Positions 1-9,861 of a stretch of DNA of 64,000 bases are shown in pieces. The DNA comes from Ignavibacteriota bacterium (GTDB lineage: Bacteria > Bacteroidota > Ignavibacteria > UBA10030), in the NCBI GenBank assembly GCA_963727825.1, contig CAVSHO010000009.1:576001-640000 (forward strand). Reading direction: 5' to 3'. The notes under the pieces were generated by a model. The model did not search any database, was not told the origin of the DNA, and was given only the letters and a program-made list of their open reading frames with translations. The position numbers were made by a program, and so were the translations under genes. Positions within the stretch are counted from its first letter, which is position 1. Each line of letters begins with the position of its first letter.

Positions 1-1303
1 GATTCCTATTCTTCTCTTTATTGGAAGATTTTCTGGTCCAAAAGGCGATGTTGTAAGATTTCTTATTTCCGAAGTCTATCCTGAATTGGCTAAGAAAACT
101 CCTTGCTCCCTGCAAATTATTGGTGGAATAGCCATCCCGTCGGATATTTTACAGCGTGTTCAGGAAATGCAGAAACGTTTTGGCAGTACAAGTGTAGTGG
201 TCAGAGAATTTCAATACAACATCATTCCTTTTCTTCGTGCCGCTACAGTTGTTATTGGATCTGGACGCGTCGTAATGGAATCGCTCATGGCTGGAAAGTT
301 TACTATTGCCTTCGGCGAAAGTGGTTATGAAGGATTAGTCAATCCAAACAATTATGAAGCAGTTCGTCTTACAAATTTTGGTGATACAGGAATTCAGAAA
401 TCAACAAATACTGGATTAATTGTGCAAGATCTCGCTGCAATTCTCAACAAACAACAGACAATTGGAGATGCTCAAATATTGCAGAAACGAATACAAGAGA
501 CATGCGATATCAAATTCATCGAAAGGAAGATAGACTTTGTTTGTCAGTCGGCTATTGCAGAAAAAAAATCTCCTATTTCCATTCCCGTGTTAATGTATCA
601 CCGTGTCGTACCGGAAGTGCCAATAAATTCACACCACGGTATTTGGATCACAGCACAAAACTTTGATCAAAATCTTATTTCACTCAAACAGCGTGGTTAT
701 TCATCGATCACATTTGAACAATACCAGCTTTTTCTCAATTGTGAATTCACATTGCCAAAGAAGCCTGTTATCCTGACTTTTGATGACGGATACGAAGATA
801 ATTACACTTACGCTTTTCCGTTGTTGAAGAAATATGGATTATCGGCTGTGATTTTTCTTGTTGCTGATGCAACGCGGCGAACCAATTTCTGGGATATTGA
901 CGAGCCACAGGCATCGTTATTGAACAACAAACAAATACGTGAGATGTCGACGGCAGGGATTGAATTTGGTTCCCATACCATTACACATCCGCATCTTCCT
1001 CAATGTTCATCGGAGCAGATTAGAAAAGAATTTATTGAATCAAAACAGGTGATCGAACAACTGACGGGAAGAGAAGTTATTTCTATTGCATATCCGTATG
1101 GTGCAGTCAACGAAATAATCAAGTCTATTGCAGCTGAAACTGGATACAAATTTGGCATTGCGACAAACAGCGGTCCGCTTAAGTTTTATAAAGATTTTTT
1201 CGAGATTCGCCGTATACAGATTTTTCCATGGACTGACAGGTCGGGTTTTTGGAAAAAAACACAGCAGTGGTATTTAAGTTACAAACAAAGGAAATCAATT
1301 TAG
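1..1303 (+). CDS. 5'-truncated glycosyltransferase (GT-B)-like / polysaccharide deacetylase (NodB/CE4) fusion protein
   Basis: Frame is open from position 2 (IPILLFIGRFSGPKG...). N-part has GT4-like VIGSGRVVMESLMAGK; C-part has PVLMYH, TFDDGY, GSHTITH and IAYPYG deacetylase motifs. Confidence 0.85.
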   Translation, partial: IPILLFIGRFSGPKGDVVRFLISEVYPELAKKTPCSLQIIGGIAIPSDILQRVQEMQKRFGSTSVVVREFQYNIIPFLRAATVVIGSGRVVMESLMAGKFTIAFGESGYEGLVNPNNYEAVRLTNFGDTGIQKSTNTGLIVQDLAAILNKQQTIGDAQILQKRIQETCDIKFIERKIDFVCQSAIAEKKSPISIPVLMYHRVVPEVPINSHHGIWITAQNFDQNLISLKQRGYSSITFEQYQLFLNCEFTLPKKPVILTFDDGYEDNYTYAFPLLKKYGLSAVIFLVADATRRTNFWDIDEPQASLLNNKQIREMSTAGIEFGSHTITHPHLPQCSSEQIRKEFIESKQVIEQLTGREVISIAYPYGAVNEIIKSIAAETGYKFGIATNSGPLKFYKDFFEIRRIQIFPWTDRSGFWKKTQQWYLSYKQRKSI

Positions 1304-1335
1304 AGGGGATTACTGTTTTCTAAAAAAATGCTGGT

Positions 1336-2100
1336 CTAGATCCGTTCGCATTGGTCAGCGGGAATCCATCCGATCTTTCCGTCAGCAAGCGTAACTTTCA
1401 CCCACTCACTGACTGCATCAGTTAATTTCACTTTCACTCCTTCATGAATTACGAAAGCATCGACGGCTTTTGCGTCTGGAGATGATTTCGCCGTAACAGT
1501 CTGCGCTGTGATTATGGCTTTGTCCTGTACTGTATCCCGAAATGATTGAATACCTAACATAGCAACGGAGAGCGTTACCAACGCAATTGCAATAAAAAAC
1601 AAAATACGCATTGCACGAAGAACTCCCGGACGTAGAACCAAGTACATCGTTCCAAGCGAACCAAACAGCAATACCCAACTAAAAATAAAAATAACGCGAA
1701 CAATTTCAGACGGCATTAGAGATCCAACGGCGCGCAACCATTGAATTAGAAACATATCAGGCACAGCTTCGATGCGATCAACTGTTTTCAAATATGCTAA
1801 TTTTAAATTGTGCTCTATATCTGGATCATTTGGGTGTAACTGTGCCGCACGCTCGTACGAAAGAATCGCTCGTGCAAGCTGACTATCGCGATAATATGCG
1901 TTGCCTAGATTGAAGTACAGCTCGGCGCTTGATTTGCCTTGTTTTATTATGCTTTCATATTCTTTTGCCGCTTCCTGATATTTACCGGCGCGATATAATT
2001 CATTGCCGCTATTGAAAACATTATCCGGAGATTGTGCCAACATCGCACGATTTAAGAATACGATTACACCTATTAACAAAATCAGGTGCTTGTGTTTCAT
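1336..2100 (-). CDS. batE: BatE-like TPR + SH3 domain protein
   Basis: Signal peptide, TPRs (YFNLGNAYYR), two TM helices, C-terminal SH3b-like IHEGVKV..GKIGWIP; last gene of the bat operon. Confidence 0.85.
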   Translation of the reverse strand: MKHKHLILLIGVIVFLNRAMLAQSPDNVFNSGNELYRAGKYQEAAKEYESIIKQGKSSAELYFNLGNAYYRDSQLARAILSYERAAQLHPNDPDIEHNLKLAYLKTVDRIEAVPDMFLIQWLRAVGSLMPSEIVRVIFIFSWVLLFGSLGTMYLVLRPGVLRAMRILFFIAIALVTLSVAMLGIQSFRDTVQDKAIITAQTVTAKSSPDAKAVDAFVIHEGVKVKLTDAVSEWVKVTLADGKIGWIPADQCERI

Positions 2101-3938
2101 GAATTACCTCGCTTGCCAAACGACTGTTCAATACTGTTGATGGCATTAGCGGCGACATCGAGCAGTTCTTTACGTGCATCCGTCGTATCTGATCCAGGCG
2201 CATAGCGGACAAATTCCGCACGCTCCATGCATGCCTTCAATGATTGAACGACTTCTTCATTTACACCGTTTTGCTTTAAATGCACTACTGCTTCCTCCAT
2301 TACAAATTTTGCTTTTGGTGTACGAAGTTTATGTTCAAGATACTCCATCAGAGCTCTTAGAATTTCTGCGTGATAACTTTCAGTGTTACCTTGTTCAAGC
2401 AATGCACGTGCTTTCTTCAAGCGGCGTGTTGCTTCGCGACCGGCTGTCTCAAACAAAAGCCGCGGCATATCGCCATAAATCTTTTCCATCCGTTTACGGT
2501 AAACCCAAGCACCGACAAATGCAAATGGCGGCAGAATAATTACAAACATAAACCACCACGAAGATTTGGTTTCGTCCGCACTTTGCAGATGACCGATGGA
2601 GAGTTTTAGGAACCGAATATCTTCCCCAAGCATCCGCACATCTTCTTTTGCAGCCAAGCTGATACCGGAACTTGAAAAATCTTTTCCCGGCGCAATAGAG
2701 AATTCAAATTTTGGCGAGTGAAGAGCGACGTATTCTTTCTTATCAAGATCGAAATATACAAATTGCATCGGTTCTAGTACACGTTGACCTGCATTTCTCG
2801 GTATTAAGAGATACTCTGCTGTTTTCTTTCCACGAATGATACCGCCATCACGCGAAATTTCTTCTGAAATCTTTGGATCGTACGATTCCATATCGGCTGG
2901 GAGCTGCGGTTTTGGTAATGTCACTAACTTAATGTTACCGGAACCCAGTACAGAAACGCGTAACGTGATAGGATCTCCTGCCTTAACGTTTCGCGTGTCT
3001 ACGCTTGCATTAAAAGCGAATCGTCCGATTGCACCAGAAAATCCGGATGGTGCATTCGTCGGAATCGGATCAACAATAATTGTCAATGGATTAGACTTCA
3101 CATCCATATTCACGGTTTGTACTTGCTGAAAAAATGGGTCATTAAAAAACTGATCGAATGGATCATTGCTGCGCCGTTTGGATTGCACTTGTACCGCACA
3201 GCGAGCTTCGAGCGGTGCAATTTTCAGACTGCCGGCTTGTGTTGCAAATAGCGCTGTTTTCTTTATTACGACCGTACGATATTGCTTACCGTTCAACACT
3301 TCTGTTGTTTGAGTCGGTTGCTTTGGCATCTCAAAATCCTCGCTCCAAAATCCATCAAACGTCGGCGCTTTTGCCAGATTATATCCGGTCACAGAGACGC
3401 GCGTGTACAACTTGAATGTAACGCTCAATTGTTCACCCTGCCGCACGCGTTGTTTATCAGCAAAAGCTTTGATTATAAGATTGTCGCCTGCTTCGACGGC
3501 GGATTGATTAGACTGAGATTGCTGTTGTTTTGGTTTTCCTTGCGAGACCTCTATTTGAATTGGTTCAGACTTCAGTTTCTTGCCTTTATATTCAATCGTT
3601 GCTGAGCCAATTGTTATTTTTCCTGATTGGCGCGCATATAAAATATATGTATAACCGATAGAAGCCGACATTTTGCCGTTAACCCATTGCATATTTGTCG
3701 ATTGATTCGGGCCGGATATCACAACGAATTGTCCGAAATCCGGAGCTTTAAAATCCCTCACACTGTTATAATCGCTTCCATCAAACGTGAAGGTGACCCG
3801 AAATTGTTCACCTGCTGCAATTTGCGATGGTTCTGCTGAAGCAATAAAGGTGCCATCCTGCGCAAAGGAAACGGATGCACCGACACATAATGCCATCCCA
3901 ATAAAAAGAAATAGATATTTTTCAATTCTATTGAACAT
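2097..3938 (-). CDS. batD: BatD family protein
   Basis: Signal peptide, SGPNQSTNMQWVNG, FDGFWSED and FSGAIGRF motifs, C-terminal TM; bat operon context. Confidence 0.9.
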   Translation of the reverse strand: MFNRIEKYLFLFIGMALCVGASVSFAQDGTFIASAEPSQIAAGEQFRVTFTFDGSDYNSVRDFKAPDFGQFVVISGPNQSTNMQWVNGKMSASIGYTYILYARQSGKITIGSATIEYKGKKLKSEPIQIEVSQGKPKQQQSQSNQSAVEAGDNLIIKAFADKQRVRQGEQLSVTFKLYTRVSVTGYNLAKAPTFDGFWSEDFEMPKQPTQTTEVLNGKQYRTVVIKKTALFATQAGSLKIAPLEARCAVQVQSKRRSNDPFDQFFNDPFFQQVQTVNMDVKSNPLTIIVDPIPTNAPSGFSGAIGRFAFNASVDTRNVKAGDPITLRVSVLGSGNIKLVTLPKPQLPADMESYDPKISEEISRDGGIIRGKKTAEYLLIPRNAGQRVLEPMQFVYFDLDKKEYVALHSPKFEFSIAPGKDFSSSGISLAAKEDVRMLGEDIRFLKLSIGHLQSADETKSSWWFMFVIILPPFAFVGAWVYRKRMEKIYGDMPRLLFETAGREATRRLKKARALLEQGNTESYHAEILRALMEYLEHKLRTPKAKFVMEEAVVHLKQNGVNEEVVQSLKACMERAEFVRYAPGSDTTDARKELLDVAANAINSIEQSFGKRGNS

Positions 3939-4013
3939 ATTTTTATGCTGTTCTGTTTTGCTGTCAGCCTTCAGCTTTTCGCTTTTCCTAATGACCGATA
4001 ACCAACAGTTATC

Positions 4014-5753
4014 TTACCAATCCTTTTCCACTTTCACATGTACTGCTTCCCGCTTGCGAAGATTTTTCTGAACTTCCTTTTCGTTATTGCGCATTGCATC
4101 TAAAATTCTATCCGCTTCTTGTTTTGGCATTTGATTCTTCTGCTGCATTTGCTGACGTGTTTGATCCTGTTTTGCCTCTTCTTGCTTTTGTTGTTGGTTC
4201 TGTTGCTGATTCTGTTGTTGGTTTTGCTGTTGATTTTGTTTTTGCTGGTCTTTTTTCTGATCCTGTTTCTGATCTTTTTTCTGCTGTTTTTGTTGTTGCT
4301 GCTGTGCTAATTTTGCGCGTGCCATTTGCAGGTTGTAGCGTGTATCTTCATCGTTCGGATTCAGGCGAAGCGATTGTTTATATGCATTGATCGCTTCTTG
4401 ATATTTATTGGATTGATAGAGCGAGTTACCAGAATTGTAATATGTTGTAGCTCGTTCTTCAGGTGATTTCATCGAAACGCCAGAATTGCCGTATTCCCGC
4501 TTCGCCTCATCGTAACGTTGCTGTTTATAATACGAATTTCCAAGATTAAATTGCGCTTCTTTCGATTTTGGACTTTTTTCTAATGCTTTTTTGTATTCCA
4601 CTTCAGCATCAGTATATTTGCTTTTATCGTACACGCGATTGCCTTCACTAATAAGGGAACGCACTGTCTGCGCGTTAACGCTTCCAGACAAAATTGCAAG
4701 CATGAATGCAGTTGCCGCAATAGGTAAAAGTCTTTTTAACCAAGCGGCTAACTTAGTCCGTTTTTCAGAAAGCATCACTTCGATTATTAAAAATAGAATC
4801 GCGAATGCCAATGGATATTGATACCGCGTTTCATATTCGCTTATTTGCTTTGTTCCAAATTCCACTTTTTCTAATGAAGCTAATTCTTTGAAGATGTCGC
4901 CGATCTCGTTACCGCCGCTCGTAGCGCGATGATAGGATCCGCCAGTCATGGAAGCAATTTGCTGCAACATTGTTTCATCTAATTTGGACAGGACTATGCT
5001 TCCCGATTGATCGCGCTTATAATCAACGCGGACACCGTTTTGATTAAGAACAGGAATTGGTCCACCCTCCGGTGTTCCCATGCCTACAGAATAAATCCGA
5101 ACACCCGCTTTCTTCGCATCTTCTACTGCGCCCATTACATCGCCTTCGGTATTTTCACCGTCGGAAACAACCACAATAGCTTTCTGCGTTGGAACATCCT
5201 TGAAAAAAGATTTAAGCGCAACTTCTATTCCACTGCCTATCATAGTGCCAGGCACAGGTACTGCATTTACATCAATAGCAGATATAAATAAATCAGCTGC
5301 AGCGTAATCAGCCGTAAGTGGAAATTGCACAAACGCATCACCTGCAAAAACAACCAGACCGACACGATCGCCCGAAAGTTTTCTTAATAAATCCGATACA
5401 TCAAGCTTAGCTTTTTCTAATCGGCTCGGCCGTATATCTTCTGTCTTCATGCTTAAAGAAACATCTAAAACAACAAACAGATCGATGCCCTCGCGTTTTA
5501 CTTCTTCAAGACGCGTACCAACTTGCGGATTTGCAACTGTAAGGATCAAACATGCAATTGCAAGTAATACGAGCGTTTGTTTTATTATGCGCATTACCCA
5601 ACTTGCTTCAGGTGCAAGCTGTGGAATTAGGGTTTCGCCGATAAAGCGGCGCAATTGTTTTCTTTGCCATAAATTTAAAAAGAAGAATCCAACGCCAAAA
5701 GCGGGAATCAAAAGCAAAAACCAGAGATATTCAGGATGTTCAAATCTTAGCAT
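4014..5753 (-). CDS. BatB-BatC fusion: VWA domain + TPR + Gln-rich tail
   Basis: MIDAS DVSLSM, DRVGLVVFAG and SDGE motifs, then TPRs and a Q-rich linker ending in KDW. Start set at ATG 5753 (MLRFEHP). Confidence 0.85.
   Translation of the reverse strand: MLRFEHPEYLWFLLLIPAFGVGFFFLNLWQRKQLRRFIGETLIPQLAPEASWVMRIIKQTLVLLAIACLILTVANPQVGTRLEEVKREGIDLFVVLDVSLSMKTEDIRPSRLEKAKLDVSDLLRKLSGDRVGLVVFAGDAFVQFPLTADYAAADLFISAIDVNAVPVPGTMIGSGIEVALKSFFKDVPTQKAIVVVSDGENTEGDVMGAVEDAKKAGVRIYSVGMGTPEGGPIPVLNQNGVRVDYKRDQSGSIVLSKLDETMLQQIASMTGGSYHRATSGGNEIGDIFKELASLEKVEFGTKQISEYETRYQYPLAFAILFLIIEVMLSEKRTKLAAWLKRLLPIAATAFMLAILSGSVNAQTVRSLISEGNRVYDKSKYTDAEVEYKKALEKSPKSKEAQFNLGNSYYKQQRYDEAKREYGNSGVSMKSPEERATTYYNSGNSLYQSNKYQEAINAYKQSLRLNPNDEDTRYNLQMARAKLAQQQQQKQQKKDQKQDQKKDQQKQNQQQNQQQNQQQNQQQKQEEAKQDQTRQQMQQKNQMPKQEADRILDAMRNNEKEVQKNLRKREAVHVKVEKDW
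4138..4304 (-). repeat. Low-complexity coding repeat (QQQN and KxDQ units)
   Basis: Degenerate 12-bp tandem units encoding QNQQQNQQQNQQQN and KKDQKQDQKKDQ. Confidence 0.8.
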
Positions 5754-5755
5754 AA

Positions 5756-6748
5756 TTATGGATTTTTTCTTAACACTGTCGTTGTTAATGTAACTTCCAA
5801 CACGACTGCCAGCAAACCTACAAGCAGCCATCCGCCGAATAATTCCGAATAACGTTTGTATGCAGTTACTTCAATTTTTGTTTTCTCTAGTTGGTCGATT
5901 TCTTTATAAATGGTTTTTAGAGTTCGATTATCTGTCGCTCGAAAATATTTCCCGCCCGTCATCTCTGCAATTTGCGTCAATCCTTTTTCATCTAAATCAA
6001 CTGGAATTAATTGCCTGCGAATTCCAAACTGTGTTTGTACGGGATACGGCGCTTCGCCCACGGCACCAACGCCAACTGTATAAATACGAACGCCATATGT
6101 TGCCGCAATTCTTGCCGCAGTTATCGGATCGATCTCACCGCGATTGTTAACACCGTCCGTCAGTAAAATCATGACTTTGCTTTTTGCTTTGCTATCTTTT
6201 AATCGATTAACGCCATTGGCAATAGCAAGTCCGATGGCGGTACCATCTGCGATCATTCCATTATTCACTTCACGCAATAAATTTTTCAGTACTGGATAAT
6301 CTGTTGTGAGCGGGCATTGTGTAAAACTTTCCGCAGAGAAAACTACAAGTCCGATGCGATCATTTGTACGCCCGTCGATGAATTCCGATGCAACCTGCTT
6401 TGCTGCTTCAATGCGATTAGGGCTGAAATCTTCGGCTAACATACTGCCGGAGAGATCAAGTTCCAATACGATGTCGATTCCTTCCGTTGAAATATTCTGT
6501 TTGTTCGATACCGACTGTGGACGCGCAAGCGCAATAATAAAAATTGCAATCGATAGCAAACGCAGTGCAAGAGGAATATTGCGTAGTCGTTCACGCAATG
6601 TTTGCGGAATGTTCTTAAGAATTTGAAGTGACGAGAACTGTAACATTACGACCATTTTTTTTCGGCGCCACCAAAGATAATAGCCGATTGCAGGCAGCAA
6701 CAGAAATAACCACAGAAATCCAGGATTGGCAAACTTATCACCCAACAT
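5756..6748 (-). CDS. batA: BatA VWA domain protein
   Basis: N-terminal FANP.FLWL, ALARPQ, DLSGSM, GTAIG and LTDG motifs. Start set at ATG 6748. Confidence 0.9.
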   Translation of the reverse strand: MLGDKFANPGFLWLFLLLPAIGYYLWWRRKKMVVMLQFSSLQILKNIPQTLRERLRNIPLALRLLSIAIFIIALARPQSVSNKQNISTEGIDIVLELDLSGSMLAEDFSPNRIEAAKQVASEFIDGRTNDRIGLVVFSAESFTQCPLTTDYPVLKNLLREVNNGMIADGTAIGLAIANGVNRLKDSKAKSKVMILLTDGVNNRGEIDPITAARIAATYGVRIYTVGVGAVGEAPYPVQTQFGIRRQLIPVDLDEKGLTQIAEMTGGKYFRATDNRTLKTIYKEIDQLEKTKIEVTAYKRYSELFGGWLLVGLLAVVLEVTLTTTVLRKNP

Positions 6749-7679
6749 CGGCAGTTTCCTCCTGCGGTTGCGCTTCTGTGTCAACCTGTGCTTTTGGTAC
6801 CATCATCCGAACAATTTCGTATGCTGAACGCATTTCATTTTCATGCTCAGCGGGTGAAGGCTCGTACTTAGCAAATTTTACTAGATCCGCAGTAATAAAA
6901 AATGAATCCATCTCTTTCCACACCTTCAAGGCATCCGGAATGTGTTTCATCTGCACAAGAATTTCGTCTGTCGTTAACTCTAATGCAATGATGCCCCACC
7001 GCCGCTCAAAGAAACGCCGAATTATCTCGGTTACCTCCGAATAGTACTGTTTTACCATTCCCTGTTGCCAGAGTTTCTTTTCTTCAAGTACACGAAGCGC
7101 CGTTAGCGCTTCGCGATGCGGCGGAATTATCACTTTGATACTTGCCAGCAAATCTTGTTTTAGTTTTTTCTTTCGCCAGTAATAATAGAATATACCGACA
7201 AGCATTGCAATAACAACCAACGCGACAAGATATGGCAAGAAATCTTCAAATAGCCATGGCGCACTAATCGGTGGTTTTATGTCTTTAATATCACCTTTGG
7301 GGTCGATAGTAACGCCTGCGATATTCAACAACAACGAATTTGTATATGCCTTATGCTTGCTGGTGTCTCCTTTGATTTTATAATCAAACTCGATTGGCGG
7401 CAGAAATATTTTTCCAGAATCAATCGTCGTTAGCCGGATCAACCATTTTGGCTCCGTACCATTTCGTTCCACTTTAATAACTTCAAGCAAGCCGACACTA
7501 TCTTTCAATAGTGGACCGATTGTATCGACTGTTGCATCAAACTTGCCTTCCACTTGCACATCGATCCAACTGCCAAGCAGAAAAGTATCCACCTCGGTTT
7601 TGGCAGTTAATCGTACTTCTTGTGCAAGCCCGATGCTTGTGAGAAGGAAGAAAAAGAAGAATGCTTTTCTAATTATCAC
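6738..7679 (-). CDS. Bat-operon membrane-anchored hypothetical protein
   Basis: Signal peptide, DIKDIKPP then a TM helix, TTDE and ADLVKFAKY motifs; lies between DUF58 and batA. Confidence 0.75.
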   Translation of the reverse strand: MIIRKAFFFFFLLTSIGLAQEVRLTAKTEVDTFLLGSWIDVQVEGKFDATVDTIGPLLKDSVGLLEVIKVERNGTEPKWLIRLTTIDSGKIFLPPIEFDYKIKGDTSKHKAYTNSLLLNIAGVTIDPKGDIKDIKPPISAPWLFEDFLPYLVALVVIAMLVGIFYYYWRKKKLKQDLLASIKVIIPPHREALTALRVLEEKKLWQQGMVKQYYSEVTEIIRRFFERRWGIIALELTTDEILVQMKHIPDALKVWKEMDSFFITADLVKFAKYEPSPAEHENEMRSAYEIVRMMVPKAQVDTEAQPQEETADVG

Positions 7680-8551
7680 CTTCTTCTCTCCCTTAACTTG
7701 AAAAAGTCTGCCAACGGTTTGATATAAGGCTGATCAAGCCGAATTAAGACATCGTCTAATCGTGATTTGACGAATAGTGATTTGCGCGCTTCACTTGTCC
7801 TTTCACCGAACTGTTTATAGAGAAATCGAACTTGTGCATCGGAAGTATCCACAAGTCTACTTGTGCCAGATTCAGCATCGCGTAAATATATAAGCCCAAC
7901 GCCGGGAAGTTCATTCTCGCGTGGATCTTGTAAAACTACCCCAATTAAATCATGGCGTTTTCCGGCAATGCGCAGAGCCGCTTCATAATTACTGTCCATA
8001 AAATCAGAAATAACAAAAACGATACTGCGTTTTTTCTGGACATTATTAAGATATTCTAATGCTGTCTTGATACTTGTTGCCGGGCGTGTGGGTTCAAAGG
8101 AAAGCAATTCACGTACAATTCGTAATACATGTCCTCGACCTTTCCGCGGCGGCACAAATTTTTCGATCCGGTCGGTGAAGAGAATCAATCCAACTTTATC
8201 ATTATTTTTCATTGCGGAAAAAGCAAGGATAGCACTCAACTCAAGAGCTGCGTCACGCTTCAACGCAGATTGTGAACCGAAGAACTGCGAGCCGCTCATA
8301 TCTACCACCAGCATCACAGTCAATTCGCGCTCTTCCTCAAAAATCTTGACAAACGGATGATTCAACCGCGCTGTCACATTCCAATCAATCATTCGCATAT
8401 CATCGCCATATTGGTACTCGCGCACTTCTGAAAATTCCATGCCACGTCCTTTAAAGACGGAATGGTACTCTCCAGAGAAGACTTGGTTCACAAGTCCCCG
8501 TGTACGAATTTCCAGCTGCCTGACTTTTTTAAGAAGTTCTTTTGTTTCCAT
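7676..8551 (-). CDS. DUF58 domain protein
   Basis: FKGRGMEFSEVREYQYGDD..IDWNVTAR, FEEERE and ISDF motifs. Confidence 0.95.
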   Translation of the reverse strand: METKELLKKVRQLEIRTRGLVNQVFSGEYHSVFKGRGMEFSEVREYQYGDDMRMIDWNVTARLNHPFVKIFEEERELTVMLVVDMSGSQFFGSQSALKRDAALELSAILAFSAMKNNDKVGLILFTDRIEKFVPPRKGRGHVLRIVRELLSFEPTRPATSIKTALEYLNNVQKKRSIVFVISDFMDSNYEAALRIAGKRHDLIGVVLQDPRENELPGVGLIYLRDAESGTSRLVDTSDAQVRFLYKQFGERTSEARKSLFVKSRLDDVLIRLDQPYIKPLADFFKLRERRR

Positions 8552-8566
8552 CTAACTATCAATGAC

Positions 8567-9550
8567 CTATGGAACTTCCACATGGTTTAAAATTTCCATC
8601 ACTACTTGCTCCGGCGTAATTTCTTCCGCTTCGGCTTCATATGTAACGGCAATGCGGTGACGCATCACATCGGGGCAAATAGCGCGTACATCTTCAGGGA
8701 TTACGTAACCGCGCCGCTTAATAAACGCATGCGCCTTTGATGCAAGCGCTAAATTGATGGACGCGCGCGGAGATGCACCATAACTAATAAGTGGAGCAAG
8801 TTTATCTAAATTAAAATTCTTCGGTTCGCGGGTAGCAAAAACGATGTCAAGAATATATCGCTCGATCTTCTCGTCCATATACACTTGCTTTACAACTTCA
8901 CGCGCAGAGAGAATGTCTTTTGTAGATACAACATGTTTTACTGCTTTTTCGTCACCCGAAATATTTTGCCGCATAATTGTCAGTTCTTCCTCGCGCAACG
9001 GATAGCCGATTTTCACTTTCAGCATAAAGCGATCGACTTGCGCTTCGGGAAGCGGATAGGTTCCCTCCTGTTCAATAGGATTTTGGGTTGCGAGAACGAG
9101 GAATGGTTCTTCCAATTTGAATGTCTCTTCGCTAATTGTTATTTGACGTTCTTGCATTGCTTCCAGCAAAGCGCTTTGCACTTTCGCGGGTGCTCGGTTG
9201 ATTTCGTCGGCAAGAATAAAATTTGCAAAGATAGGTCCTTTGCGCGTAAAGAATTTTCCGTCTTTCTGATTATAAATCATCGTGCCGATAAGATCGGCCG
9301 GCAGTAAATCCGGTGTAAATTGCACACGCTGAAATTTTGCGTTGATTGCCGCCGCCAGCGTTTTAATGGCGAGTGTCTTTGCCAGTCCGGGTACGCCTTC
9401 CAACAGAATGTGCCCGTTACACAGCAAGCCAATTAGTAAACGATCTATCATATGCTTTTGGCCAACGATGACTTTGCCGACTTCCGAAGTCAGCGATTCG
9501 ACAAATGCGCTTTCGCGCTGAATCATTTCATTAATAGTCTTGATATCCAC
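8567..9550 (-). CDS. moxR: MoxR family AAA+ ATPase
   Basis: GVPGLAKT, QFTPDLLPAD, ADEINRA and TQNPIEQEGTYPLPEAQ motifs. GTG 9550 has a GGAGG RBS. Confidence 0.95.
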   Translation of the reverse strand: MDIKTINEMIQRESAFVESLTSEVGKVIVGQKHMIDRLLIGLLCNGHILLEGVPGLAKTLAIKTLAAAINAKFQRVQFTPDLLPADLIGTMIYNQKDGKFFTRKGPIFANFILADEINRAPAKVQSALLEAMQERQITISEETFKLEEPFLVLATQNPIEQEGTYPLPEAQVDRFMLKVKIGYPLREEELTIMRQNISGDEKAVKHVVSTKDILSAREVVKQVYMDEKIERYILDIVFATREPKNFNLDKLAPLISYGASPRASINLALASKAHAFIKRRGYVIPEDVRAICPDVMRHRIAVTYEAEAEEITPEQVVMEILNHVEVP

Positions 9551-9590
9551 GCTTTTTTCCTCCAACTTGATTGACAAATTCTTAACTTAA

Positions 9591-9614
9591 TAGAGACGAA
9601 GAAAAGGCTTCGTC
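9591..9614. repeat. REP-like hairpin GACGAAG-AAAAGG-CTTCGTC
   Basis: Perfect 7-bp stem preceded by TAGA. Confidence 0.45.
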
Positions 9615-9714
9615 CGTTCCCAAAATTTCTTATTAAAACGAATCGAGCCACGCAACAAATTCATAAATGAACCTGCGGGCGGCTCGGTGGCACTCTTATT
9701 CAGCAACCGTAAGA

Positions 9715-9743
9715 AATGTACAAAGAAATCACTCGCAATGCAA
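9715..9743 (-). promoter_or_regulatory. Putative sigma70 promoter of the moxR-bat operon
   Basis: Minus strand reads TTGCAT-17 bp-TACATT. Confidence 0.45.
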
Positions 9744-9861
9744 CGAAACCTACGAGTACAATTGTTCTGAATTGGAACCATCATGCTGTATTTCACGTTC
9801 GAAATATAGCGGAGACATAAAATAGCGCCGTTTGTTCAACATATAATCAGGAAATACGTAT

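Noticed and set aside
9587-9796. 69-aa ORF upstream of moxR
   Set aside because: It overlaps the predicted promoter and hairpins and shows no protein-like features.
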